A stretch of 64,000 nt of DNA from a virus: positions 1 to 64,000 of IMG/VR virus record IMGVR_UViG_3300021197_000864; one strand, 5' to 3'. Below, piece by piece: positions 39,551 to 49,232 of the stretch. Each line of letters begins with the position of its first letter. Positions within the stretch are counted from its first letter, which is position 1. Made by a program: the position numbers and the translations under genes. The notes below the pieces were generated by a model. The model saw nothing but the letters and a program-made list of their open reading frames with translations. It had not been told where the DNA came from and ran no database searches.

Positions 39551-40024
39551 ATGGAAACATGGGAAGATACAAAAAAGAAAGTAGAAACAATGATAGCGGC
39601 AGATGATAGAGGTTCACTCGATGAAGGTCTAAAAGTTGTAGCCGTACAATTAATTGCAACAGGAGATAGTAAACCTGAGATGCAAGAACAAATGACTAAG
39701 ACTCTAAAAGAGGCTCTTAGAGGATGTCATGGATATCCTTGGAGAAGAGGTGGTGGAGGTATTCTTTCTGCTGCTGCTCTAAGTACAGTGGATGCAATAG
39801 TAGCAGATGTTGAAACAGCATTTGCAAATGCATTCGATTCTTGTATCGGTGTTCAAGCATTACTATTGCCTCACGGTAAGAGTAAGAATACTCATTTTGA
39901 AAATGGTGCAGATTATGCAAGCACACTCACAAAGACAATTCGTAAAAATGCAACTACGCTTTACAAAGCAGGTTGGGATGGTTCTCTAGATGGTCTAGGG
40001 ATTTCTTCACAGGAGGAAGAATAA
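39551..40024 (+). CDS. early protein, paralogue B
   Basis: QLIATGDSKPE, PWRRGGG, HGKS, WDG, SSQEEE; start likely ATG 39551. Confidence 0.8.
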   Translation: METWEDTKKKVETMIAADDRGSLDEGLKVVAVQLIATGDSKPEMQEQMTKTLKEALRGCHGYPWRRGGGGILSAAALSTVDAIVADVETAFANAFDSCIGVQALLLPHGKSKNTHFENGADYASTLTKTIRKNATTLYKAGWDGSLDGLGISSQEEE

Positions 40025-40053
40025 AACGGATTGACTCTTTGTGAGTACTAATT

Positions 40054-40098
40054 GGGGGAATAGGGCTTTAATGCCTTATTCCTCCTTTTTTTATTTTA
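40054..40098 (+). terminator. hairpin plus T-tract
   Basis: gggggaatagggc-tttaat-gccttattcctcc followed by tttttttatttt. Confidence 0.7.
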
Positions 40099-40112
40099 AG
40101 GTCTTAAACTGA

Positions 40113-40138
40113 CAAAGCGTTTAATACCATATGGTTGT
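40113..40138. promoter_or_regulatory. CAAAG...ACCATATGGTTGT element
   Basis: Palindrome 40126-40135. Confidence 0.7.
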
Positions 40139-40455
40139 GTATTGTTTTAAAATAGAGGCTGCCGAAACCCTTGACGGCATCCTTTATATACCCTCCTAGC
40201 CGACTTGATTTGTAGGAACTGACCAAACATCATTCGTGTACAAGAATAACCTAATTAATACTTAAAGCAGTATTATTCAAAGGATAAATATTTTACCACC
40301 AATATGACATCAGTTATTATTACTAATGATTAAAGAATCATTATTAATACAATATGTATTATTTGATAAAAATATCAGTATCTAGTATCCTATATAATAT
40401 AAGATAACTAAATAATATCTTACTCATTTTGATTAACATTCTTCCTTTTCACTTA

Positions 40456-40706
40456 AGTGGAAACGAGAGGTAGAACAAAATGAATAAGATATACAATATA
40501 TGTATATCATTATAATATACATTATCATTTACTACATTTACATACATACATACATACTTTTTTTCTCTCTCTCTTTATTTATTTCTCTCTCTATGAAAAA
40601 CAGTGGAAACGAGAGAAACGAATAAAGTAGAGCAAAGTGGTAAACATATACTAACATATGTATATCATTGTGTCATTTCCAACAAGTGTAAACGAGTGGA
40701 AACAAG
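40456..40706. repeat. AGTGGAAACGAG repeats in AT-rich tract (candidate origin)
   Basis: Copies at 40456, 40602, 40685, 40695; duplicated ATATGTATATCATT; (TACA)n and (CT)n runs. Confidence 0.6.
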
Positions 40707-40726
40707 AATAGCATTAAAAAAATAAC

Positions 40727-41155
40727 GTGATTAACATGGATAAAGAAATTAAAAGAACAAATGAAGAAGATAACAAAGAAAGGAAGATAACAATGTTTAG
40801 TGGAAAGAGTGATGTCAAATATACACCTCCACAAACAATGCAACAACCTTACACAAGAAAACCTCTTGAAGGTGTAGCACTATTAATACATGAGAAGTGT
40901 AATGATATCAAAGGAATGCTTATTGAAAAGAATGAGCAGTATGGAGATTCAGCATTGAATCCAATTAGAATATTTTCAACATCTAATACAGATGAACAAC
41001 TGCGAGTTAGGATAGATGATAAGTTAAGTCGTTTATCTCGCGGTAATGATTCATTAGAATCAGATGATGATATAATTAATGACCTAATAGGTTACTTAGT
41101 TTTATTATCAATACATAAAGACACTCACCCCATAAGTGGAGAAGTTGTGGAATAG
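40727..41155 (+). CDS. DUF1599/Nmad1-like all-alpha NTP pyrophosphohydrolase-fold protein
   Basis: KNEQYGDS...RIDDKLSRL...DLIGY. Confidence 0.7.
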   Translation: MINMDKEIKRTNEEDNKERKITMFSGKSDVKYTPPQTMQQPYTRKPLEGVALLIHEKCNDIKGMLIEKNEQYGDSALNPIRIFSTSNTDEQLRVRIDDKLSRLSRGNDSLESDDDIINDLIGYLVLLSIHKDTHPISGEVVE

Positions 41156-41183
41156 TCTTAGCGGGCTATCCTACAATACTTTA

Positions 41184-42131
41184 GGGTGTTACAAAAAGGG
41201 TTTAATCCAAATTAAAAAAGTAAAAAGATATAGTGGATGAGTGCTGTCAAGCATAAAAGTCGCTTGATGCTAATTCTAGATTAGCAAAGTAATTCAATAT
41301 AGAGTAGTAGGTTATCACAAGTATTATGCTTGTAATAGTCGGTCAGGTTTGTGTGAAAGCACTTGCTTTACTTGAAAGTTGTCATATTACCAAAACTTGT
41401 AAAACTAATATGTCTGTAATCTCAAACAGATAATCAGTAAGAATTGTTTCCGCTAGAGACAATGGTCTGCTGATGACTTACCCACGTGGTGACGGCATAG
41501 AACGGTTACTTTCCCTTTAACACTCAATAGTCAATGAAGACTTTAAAATAAAAATACTCTAGATTCGGTTTAGGGTAGAGGTTTATGCAGTAATTAGTTC
41601 AAAACATTGGTCGAGTCCATGTGTTTTTTATTGTAGTGACATGCTATTTGCATCTTGTGAACTCCCTCTACCCTCCGAATACTAATTACACTCAAACAAT
41701 TCTTGTCTTACTACCTTCGGGACTAGAACACAAGAATCATTATGAGTAGAGTTTACTGAAATAAAAAAGACAAATCGAGGTGGATTAGATTTCCACCCAA
41801 AGCAGTGATTAAATGACCTGCCCAATCTTGAAGTTTTGTTGATGCATTAATTTTCGAGTATCAGTAATGTGGTTTTCACCCATGTCTTTCTCTACTATTC
41901 ACACTCACGACTACTTATGTAGTTCACAATTAAGGTTTTATCTTAATAATAAAATCTTCTAGTTTCTCTTGCTTAGGGGTATATCATTCTTTTATGTGGT
42001 GTTTTGGAATGATAAGTGCGTCATGCGACCTCAGTTTATTAGAACTAGAAGATTTTCCCTTAGTTGAGAGTCGGGTTTGTCAGTTAATACATCGCGGGTA
42101 ACTGAGCAAGAGCCAAAAGATGTTCCCGACT
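41184..42131 (+). ncRNA. candidate large structured non-coding RNA(s)
   Basis: ~950 nt with no ORF >=60 aa and many long stems, cUUCGg loop, G-U pairs favouring + strand. Confidence 0.6.
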
Positions 42132-42145
42132 AATCACATTCCAAT

Positions 42146-42403
42146 ATGGAGATAATTAAAATGAAGATAGACTTAAGCGAAACAAAACCTGTATATGAAT
42201 TACACATTTGGTATGAATTAACACAATCACCATTAGGTGAGTTTGATGACTTTGAAAAGTTTGATGATAAAGACAAGGCGTTAGAAGCATATCACAAATT
42301 AGATTGTGCTTACAAGGTACTCATAGAGTATGCAGGTGATGATGGTGATGTGTTGTTGGAATACAGCCACTACACTGATGATGGTAGGGGTGATGACAAA
42401 TGA
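42146..42403 (+). CDS. acidic hypothetical protein
   Basis: ORF with coupled stop/start. Confidence 0.65.
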   Translation: MEIIKMKIDLSETKPVYELHIWYELTQSPLGEFDDFEKFDDKDKALEAYHKLDCAYKVLIEYAGDDGDVLLEYSHYTDDGRGDDK

Positions 42404-42948
42404 ATATATTTATACTAAGTAACACACCAAAAGAATGCGCTAAACAGATGTTAGATAAGCACGTAGTTAAAATGCCAACAGAAAGTATGCAGATGATTTC
42501 AACGATTTTACATCATCATGGTATAGATTCACCTTACAAACCTGTAATGTTAAATCACCCTTGTACTATTTGGGCTAGAAAAAGTAGACAAAACTTTAGT
42601 TTTCTTTGGGAACATTGCTTTGAATTGTGCAAAGAATATACAAAGCGTTATGGAAAAGTACACAAAGTCGAAGAAACTTTACAAGAGTATGCAAGTAAAA
42701 TTGCAGAAATGTACATTTTGTTACCTGATACTGGACTAACACCGTTTGCTCAAGCAATGCCTGACAAATACAAAAATGAAGATGCAGTGAAAGCATATCG
42801 TGAATACTATCTAAACGAGAAATATACTTTCGCTACATGGAAAACACAAGAGCCTGATTGGTGGCCTGATAACCATTACAACAATATGATAGACTTAAGA
42901 AAGAAACAGTTTCAAGATAAAATGAGGAGAAATAAATATGCCATATAA
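42400..42948 (+). CDS. pyrimidine-dimer DNA glycosylase (T4 endonuclease V-like)
   Basis: MNIF...DKHVVKM..E..Q, NHPCTIWAR, FAQAMPD, AYREYY. Confidence 0.8.
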   Translation: MNIFILSNTPKECAKQMLDKHVVKMPTESMQMISTILHHHGIDSPYKPVMLNHPCTIWARKSRQNFSFLWEHCFELCKEYTKRYGKVHKVEETLQEYASKIAEMYILLPDTGLTPFAQAMPDKYKNEDAVKAYREYYLNEKYTFATWKTQEPDWWPDNHYNNMIDLRKKQFQDKMRRNKYAI

Positions 42949-43471
42949 TAATTGCCAAAAAATAATGGAAGACGGACACAGATGTAATAAACAGTTTAGA
43001 GTACCTTCACATAAATGGAAGATGAAATTCTGTCCTGAGTGTGAAACTAATCCTAAACATAAAGGGAATAGGATGAATGCCTTAGCAAACGAATTACAGA
43101 TTAAAGATTATCTTAGAGCATTAATGAAAGAATATCCTAGTGTTAAAGATATAGTGCCTAGTCAAACTCAAATAGATGAAATACGCAAAGTGTTGAAGAG
43201 TTTTAGTGATGAATTAGATAGAATGAGACTCACAAAAGGAGAAATTGATAGAGGACTTAGGGCTAATAAAACACATCTATCTAAAAAAATAAATGAATAT
43301 AGTAATATAATCAATGAAGAATTGAATGTTGCTCGAAGTGAATTAAAGGAATTAACTAAACCTGAATCGGAAAAGTTACAGAGACAAATGCTCACACTAA
43401 GTAATAGACTTACTAAGTTAGAGAAAAGGCTAAAAGTAATAGAAGATGATTGGAGTGATGTTGATTGTTGA
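42938..43471 (+). CDS. Zn-finger plus coiled-coil protein
   Basis: C...C...CPEC then heptads. Confidence 0.7.
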   Translation: MPYNNCQKIMEDGHRCNKQFRVPSHKWKMKFCPECETNPKHKGNRMNALANELQIKDYLRALMKEYPSVKDIVPSQTQIDEIRKVLKSFSDELDRMRLTKGEIDRGLRANKTHLSKKINEYSNIINEELNVARSELKELTKPESEKLQRQMLTLSNRLTKLEKRLKVIEDDWSDVDC

Positions 43472-43585
43472 AGTGTAGTGAATGTCATGACACTGGGATG
43501 GTAGTTAAACAAGACGCAACAGGTGAAATGGATGTTGAAATGTGTATTTGTAAATCACATGCGTATAAGGATTGGTTGATTAAAT

Positions 43586-43819
43586 ATGGACTTAAATGAT
43601 ATTAAGAATTTTGAAATGATGAAGCATCATTTTAATCAGATGATAGAGTTCTATGAGAAGATGCCACCATTGGTAAGTAATATCCATAGAACGATAATTG
43701 AAGATTCATTGACTTCAATAGCAGCCGTTATGGAAGGAGTAACAGCACAGTTATTAGAAATAATTGATGATGATTCAGTAATAGTAGATGTGAAGAATAT
43801 GATGGAGGATGAATTATAA
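43586..43819 (+). CDS. hypothetical protein
   Basis: Co-oriented ORF. Confidence 0.6.
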   Translation: MDLNDIKNFEMMKHHFNQMIEFYEKMPPLVSNIHRTIIEDSLTSIAAVMEGVTAQLLEIIDDDSVIVDVKNMMEDEL

Positions 43820-44135
43820 TGGAGTTCTTTTTAATCATGTTAGTAATATTTATTAGTTTACGTTTATTGGGGTTTAAGATATGACTATTAGAGTTAGAAG
43901 ATGTAAGATTTGTGGTAAAAACCACCGCATCAAAGACCAATATGCTAGTAGGATTTGTGAAGAATGCTACCAAAAAAAAGAAGGAGAAGAATGAATATGA
44001 AATTATTATGTAAAGGGTGTCTATATGTTATGGAACACCACAAAAGTAAAATTAGCAACAGGTGGCTTTGTACTAGATGTAGCAAGCCGTTTATACCTGA
44101 AGGATATACATCTATAAAAATAGGAGAAAAGTAAA

Positions 44136-44327
44136 ATGAAAACAACAATGAAAACAACAACAGGTGAAACGACAATAGATTGGTCAGAAGTTTGTGCAGT
44201 AACAGTCTGCCGAGTTTGGTCAACTGAATTTGAGATGATGCTAGAAGAATATCATGTGCATCTTAAATCAGGCACGATTTTTGTAACACAAGATGCAAAG
44301 ATTAAATCCGTAGGGTGGTGGGCTTAG
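44136..44327 (+). CDS. hypothetical protein
   Basis: GGAG RBS. Confidence 0.6.
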   Translation: MKTTMKTTTGETTIDWSEVCAVTVCRVWSTEFEMMLEEYHVHLKSGTIFVTQDAKIKSVGWWA

Positions 44328-44582
44328 ATGAATACATTTCAAATGGAAATAGAAACTAAATTAATTAATGATATTGATTTACCACCATTGATTGTCAAGA
44401 TGGATGAAAATGATTATCCTAAGATATTAATTAATACAGCACACAAGACTTGGTTGATGTTATATCGTAAAGAAATAGCAGGATGTGCAGAACATTTATT
44501 TAAACAATTAGATAGAGTTCTTACAGCGCACCTACAAGAAATGCGCTCATTTGAGAAAATGGAAGATGAGCAAAATGACTGA
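44328..44582 (+). CDS. hypothetical protein
   Basis: Abutting ORF. Confidence 0.6.
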   Translation: MNTFQMEIETKLINDIDLPPLIVKMDENDYPKILINTAHKTWLMLYRKEIAGCAEHLFKQLDRVLTAHLQEMRSFEKMEDEQND

Positions 44583-45147
44583 TGATAGTTTTCTTCTAGA
44601 GTTAAAAGAAGGGGCGACTGAAAAAGGTAAACTGAATATTAGATTATTGATGAACACTTACTATCTATCAATCAGAGCAGGATTAAGTGATGCTTTGTGT
44701 TTGACTTGTCATGACCCTATTGATATAAATCAAATTTTAGGTAGTGGTCAAAAGTATAATTTGTTTTGTTCACTTACGTGTAGAAAAGAAATGTATGATA
44801 GTCGAAAACCACAGTTCCCTCCGACAACAAAACATTGTGAAAATTGTGGAGTTCCTTTTACGGTGCATAGTGCAAAAATGCTAGGGGTAAGAAAATATTG
44901 TAGAGAACAATGTCAAGTTGAATCAAAGAACAAAAGAAAATTAATTAAGAGAATAGATGACATACAGAATTTCAATGCTCTTAAAAATAGATTAGAAAGA
45001 AACATAGCATCATTCAAAAAAGGTAAAGGTGTTGAATGTTTGGAGTGTGGGAAATTGTTTATTGGTAAGTCAAGTAAGAAGTTTTGTTCAGACCAACCTT
45101 GTGGTCAAACATATAGAAGAAGACAAAAGAAAAACGGAATGAGATAA
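44551..45147 (+). CDS. protein with three CxxC...[FY]CxxxC zinc fingers
   Basis: CLTC..FCSLTC; CENC..YCREQC; CLEC..FCSDQPC. Confidence 0.7.
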   Translation: MRKWKMSKMTDDSFLLELKEGATEKGKLNIRLLMNTYYLSIRAGLSDALCLTCHDPIDINQILGSGQKYNLFCSLTCRKEMYDSRKPQFPPTTKHCENCGVPFTVHSAKMLGVRKYCREQCQVESKNKRKLIKRIDDIQNFNALKNRLERNIASFKKGKGVECLECGKLFIGKSSKKFCSDQPCGQTYRRRQKKNGMR

Positions 45148-45148
45148 A

Positions 45149-46324
45149 ATGATAGAAGAAGAATACAAATATAAAAGAGAATTAGGTGAAGGAAAGTGGG
45201 ACAAGATTCTGAAAAGAAAGATGGTAGAACTATCCGTTGCTGATAATTATGATGAAGCAAAGCATGAATGGATAGCAACAGGTGAATGTTGGTGGAGTGG
45301 ATTAAGTGAGATGCCTGAATGGGTTACAACTCACCCACGCAAATGTTTATGTTCACACAATATTGTATATCATTTTGAGATATTAAATACTGAAAATGGT
45401 ATACGAGAGTGTGTAGGTTCAGACCATATTAATTCATACTTAATCTTGAGAGCAATTGCAGAAGATACTGGATTAGATATTGACTCAATATCAGAAGATA
45501 TGATTGAGAAATGGATTAATGTTAGAGTCGAATCTATGAAGAAAACTGCGTGGTGGCATACTAATGGTGATACATTTACAACAATGTTTGACCATGTTAA
45601 AGATTTAGATATGAGAGTGAATGTTCGTAAAGTAGGTAAATACTATAATCATGAATATAAACAGTATTTTGATAATACTAAGATTCGTAAATCTAGTAAG
45701 GGTACTTATGGCGCACCAACATATAAGATGGCTAGTATCGTTTGGAGATGGAATAGTCCTGAAAATCCAAAGAGACAGATTTTAACAAGAGGTTATCCAA
45801 CTGAGAAGTTGATGAATGATTTAACATTGTTTTATGCTATGTTTGAAATGCATCAGACATTAACAGAGAATGAGGATAAGAAACTTGCTGAAAGACTTCT
45901 TGAGGTTCAAAAAGAGAAGGATGACTTAATATCAAGAAGACAAAGATATATGGAAATAGAGAGAAATAAAATGATTGCTTCTAATATTGAAGAGAATCAA
46001 AATGATTCAGAATTTGAGGACAAATGTAACTATTATGGTATCAGAATGTTTTCAGAATTAGATGGTATTAATGATTGGGAACGTAAGTTCTTAAGTAGTA
46101 TTAAGGATTGGATTATGTCGGGCAAAGAACCTACTGAGGCACAACGCCAATCACTAGTAAAAATTCTAAACAGAGACAATGGAGATGTTCAAATGGCAAC
46201 AGAAAAACAATGTAGTTATTTGAGGAACTTAGGCTATGAAGGAGACTTTGCAAGCCTAAGTAAACACGATGCATCAGCAGCCATTTCAACTCTGTTAGAA
46301 GAAAGGAGGAAAGGATATGAGTAA
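45149..46324 (+). CDS. hypothetical protein with CxC..H Zn site
   Basis: CLCSHNI...VGSDH; C-terminal ATEKQxxYL. Confidence 0.75.
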   Translation: MIEEEYKYKRELGEGKWDKILKRKMVELSVADNYDEAKHEWIATGECWWSGLSEMPEWVTTHPRKCLCSHNIVYHFEILNTENGIRECVGSDHINSYLILRAIAEDTGLDIDSISEDMIEKWINVRVESMKKTAWWHTNGDTFTTMFDHVKDLDMRVNVRKVGKYYNHEYKQYFDNTKIRKSSKGTYGAPTYKMASIVWRWNSPENPKRQILTRGYPTEKLMNDLTLFYAMFEMHQTLTENEDKKLAERLLEVQKEKDDLISRRQRYMEIERNKMIASNIEENQNDSEFEDKCNYYGIRMFSELDGINDWERKFLSSIKDWIMSGKEPTEAQRQSLVKILNRDNGDVQMATEKQCSYLRNLGYEGDFASLSKHDASAAISTLLEERRKGYE

Positions 46325-46383
46325 GATAGGAGCATTGGCGAGATTTGCAGTAGGCGTAGTAGTGGTATCAACATTATGGCCTA

Positions 46384-46617
46384 TTGGATTATTCGGAGAT
46401 GAGTAAAATGAGTAAAAAGAAAAGTGTAAAAACAGAAGAAGCAGAACCAGTGAACGCAGAACCAACTGTTGAGGATTATATTGCCGAGATAAATAAGGCA
46501 CAAAATATAATCAATCAACTAGTTGCAGATTTGAACAACCATAAGGCATTATGTGTTCAATATGAAAATACAATAAACGCTTTAACAGGCCGTTTATTAG
46601 AGGGAAGGTCGCAATAA
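46384..46617 (+). CDS. coiled-coil protein
   Basis: Heptad pattern. Confidence 0.6.
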   Translation: MDYSEMSKMSKKKSVKTEEAEPVNAEPTVEDYIAEINKAQNIINQLVADLNNHKALCVQYENTINALTGRLLEGRSQ

Positions 46618-46664
46618 TTATAGACCTATAAAAATGTAGAGAAAAATACAAGGAAAGTGAAAAT

Positions 46665-46874
46665 ATGAAATTAACAATAGCAAATGAAACCGGACATACG
46701 GTAATGGAAAATATGACAGTAGATGATATGCTTGACCAAATACAAGACCATCCAACACATTGGATATATCTTGATGGGATTCAAGTACCTAAAGAAACAA
46801 TTACAGCAACAGACTGGGACTCAGTAGCAGATGTACTGCTAATGCCCGGTATGCAGGGTGGAGGCAACCAATAA
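46665..46874 (+). CDS. ubiquitin-like (SAMP/ThiS/MoaD beta-grasp) protein with C-terminal extension
   Basis: 69 aa; TVDDML, IYLDG, DVLLMPGMQGG followed by GNQ. Confidence 0.7.
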   Translation: MKLTIANETGHTVMENMTVDDMLDQIQDHPTHWIYLDGIQVPKETITATDWDSVADVLLMPGMQGGGNQ

Positions 46875-46906
46875 ATACCATTTAGGTATTTATGTCTCTA
46901 CAATTG

Positions 46907-46950
46907 AGGTGGCAGCATTCCCTCACAATTTGCTGCCCCTCATACCTTTT
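46907..46950 (+). terminator. hairpin after Ubl gene
   Basis: gaggtggcagca...tttgctgcccctc followed by T-run. Confidence 0.5.
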
Positions 46951-46965
46951 TAGGAGAGGAATCCT

Positions 46966-47346
46966 ATGTTATGCGATTATGCGAATATATTACCGACTGG
47001 AATATTACCAGTCTTTTTGAAATCACAAGGTTGGCTTTACCGTGATAGTAAAAAATATGAAGATTATACTTTAATGAAGCCCGACTTTTACCCTGTTGGA
47101 TATGTTCTAGCAGTGAGTATGAAAGCAGTTATTATTTGTGATGGGGAAACCTTGATTGAATATAACAATAAACAATATAAAGATGTAGATGATTTAATTT
47201 CAGAATATGGAATTGATGTAATTTCTACCTTCCCATCTTGGAACTTTTTGGTCGAGAGAGAATGGGTCGTAAAGAAGAATGGTGAATATGTTCATTCATT
47301 CTCTTCATTTGACCAAATAGTAGAAAGAAAAAAATTAAGGTGTTAA
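46966..47346 (+). CDS. hypothetical protein
   Basis: GGAGAGG RBS. Confidence 0.65.
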   Translation: MLCDYANILPTGILPVFLKSQGWLYRDSKKYEDYTLMKPDFYPVGYVLAVSMKAVIICDGETLIEYNNKQYKDVDDLISEYGIDVISTFPSWNFLVEREWVVKKNGEYVHSFSSFDQIVERKKLRC

Positions 47347-49232
47347 AGATGAAAGAAATGGAACTACAAAATAAAGTGCTATCAGAGTTTAATGTATTTA
47401 CGAAGTATGCTAAATATAGAGCAGATGATAATAGAAGAGAAACGTGGGATGAGATTTGTGAAAGAAACAAACAAATGCATCTTAAAAAATATATTAATAG
47501 AGGTAATCCTCAATTGATTGAAGAGATAGAAAATGTATATGAGAACTTTGTTAAACCTAGAAAGGTAGTTCCATCAATGAGGTCTTTTCAATTTGCAGGT
47601 AAACCCGTAGAACTATCACCTAATAGATTATACAATTGTGCATATATGCCAATAGATTCTTTAGAGTGTTTTTCTGAGTCTATGTTTTTGTTATTAGGTG
47701 GAACAGGTGTAGGGTATTCCGTACAACGTCATCATGTAGAACAACTACCAACTATCAGAAAACCCAATCCTGATAAGTTTAGAAGAATATTAATTAATGA
47801 TTCTATTGAAGGTTGGGCTGATGCAATTAAAGTTCTTTTTGAATCATACTTTGGTATGAGAACATCTTCTCCTAATTTTGATTATGATGATATTAGACCT
47901 AAAGGTGCGCCACTAAAAACTAGTGGTGGAAAAGCACCCGGTCCAGCACCACTAAAAATAGCATTAGTTAAAATTGAAACAATGTTATTACAAAAAGAAG
48001 AAGGTACACAACTAACTCCTTTAGAGTGCCATGATATATTATGTCATATTGCTCATGCAGTTTTATCGGGTGGTATTAGACGAGCAGCATTAATATCTTT
48101 ATTTAGTGCTGATGATAATGAAATGATTAATTGTAAAGCAGGTAAGTGGTATGAACAGAATCCACAAAGAGGTAGAGCAAATAACTCAGCATTCTTACTT
48201 AGACATAGAATAGAAAAAGGATTCTTTGAAGATTTATGGGAAAGAATTAGATTATCTAACTCAGGAGAACCGGGAATATATTTCTCCCATGATAAAGATT
48301 GGGGAACAAATCCTTGCTGCGAGATTGCTTTACGCCCATATCAGTTCTGTAACTTGTCAGAGTGTAATGTTTCTGATGTTTTATCTCAAGAAGATTTAGA
48401 AGAGAGAGTAAAAGCAGCCGCTTTCTTAGGAACTTTACAAGCAGGTTATACAGATTTCCACTATTTACGGGAAGTTTGGCAGAAAACTACTGAAAAAGAT
48501 GCACTTTTAGGTGTGTCTATGACGGGAATAGGTAGTAATAAAGTAACTTTATTAGATATTGAACAAGCAGCAATCGTTGCAAAGAATGAAAATGAAAGAG
48601 TTGCTGAATTACTTGGGATAAATAAAGCAGCAAGAGTTACTTGTGTTAAACCATCAGGAACGGCTAGTTGTGTATTAGGTACTTCATCAGGTATTCATCC
48701 TTGGTATGCTCCATTCTATAATAGAAGAGTTAGAGTAAACAAAGTAGAACCTGTATATCAATATCTATTAGATAGAGTACCTGATTTAATAGAAGATGAT
48801 TACTTTAGTGCTACTGAAGCAGTATTCTCTATACCACAAAAAGCACCTAAAGGTGATGTAATAACTAGACATGAGTCTGCAATTAATATGTTAGAACGTG
48901 TAAAGCGTTTTTCTGTTGGTTGGGTTCAACGTGGTCATAGGGATGGATTGAATACTCATAATGTATCTGCAACTGTTCAAATTCGTGAAGATGAATGGGA
49001 AGATGTAGGTGCATGGATGTGGTTAAATAGACATTATTACAATGGTCTAGCAGTTTTACCATATGATAATGGTTCTTATAAACAAGCACCATTTGAAGAA
49101 ATAACAGAAGAAGAATATAATAGTATGAGGTCTAAACTATATGATTTAGACTTTACACAAGTAATAGAATTAGATGACAATACCGATTTACAAGGAGAAA
49201 TTGCTTGTGCAGGTGGAGTTTGTGAAATATGA
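47340..49232 (+). CDS. nrdJ: class II (B12-dependent) ribonucleotide reductase
   Basis: YNC, GGTGVG, GGIRRAA, TNPCCEI, CNL, VKPSGTAS, C-terminal CAGGVCEI; no beta subunit. Confidence 0.92.
   Translation: MLKMKEMELQNKVLSEFNVFTKYAKYRADDNRRETWDEICERNKQMHLKKYINRGNPQLIEEIENVYENFVKPRKVVPSMRSFQFAGKPVELSPNRLYNCAYMPIDSLECFSESMFLLLGGTGVGYSVQRHHVEQLPTIRKPNPDKFRRILINDSIEGWADAIKVLFESYFGMRTSSPNFDYDDIRPKGAPLKTSGGKAPGPAPLKIALVKIETMLLQKEEGTQLTPLECHDILCHIAHAVLSGGIRRAALISLFSADDNEMINCKAGKWYEQNPQRGRANNSAFLLRHRIEKGFFEDLWERIRLSNSGEPGIYFSHDKDWGTNPCCEIALRPYQFCNLSECNVSDVLSQEDLEERVKAAAFLGTLQAGYTDFHYLREVWQKTTEKDALLGVSMTGIGSNKVTLLDIEQAAIVAKNENERVAELLGINKAARVTCVKPSGTASCVLGTSSGIHPWYAPFYNRRVRVNKVEPVYQYLLDRVPDLIEDDYFSATEAVFSIPQKAPKGDVITRHESAINMLERVKRFSVGWVQRGHRDGLNTHNVSATVQIREDEWEDVGAWMWLNRHYYNGLAVLPYDNGSYKQAPFEEITEEEYNSMRSKLYDLDFTQVIELDDNTDLQGEIACAGGVCEI

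Noticed and set aside
41470-41503. CTGATGA followed by a hairpin, resembling a hammerhead ribozyme
   Set aside because: Required GAAA after stem II is absent
41520-41907. H/ACA guide RNA interpretation of hairpin + ACA
   Set aside because: No clear K-turn or pseudouridylation pocket; ACA spacing inconsistent
35950-42140. tRNA genes in intergenic regions
   Set aside because: No cloverleaf with GTTCRA T-loop seen by eye; tRNAscan-SE would be decisive
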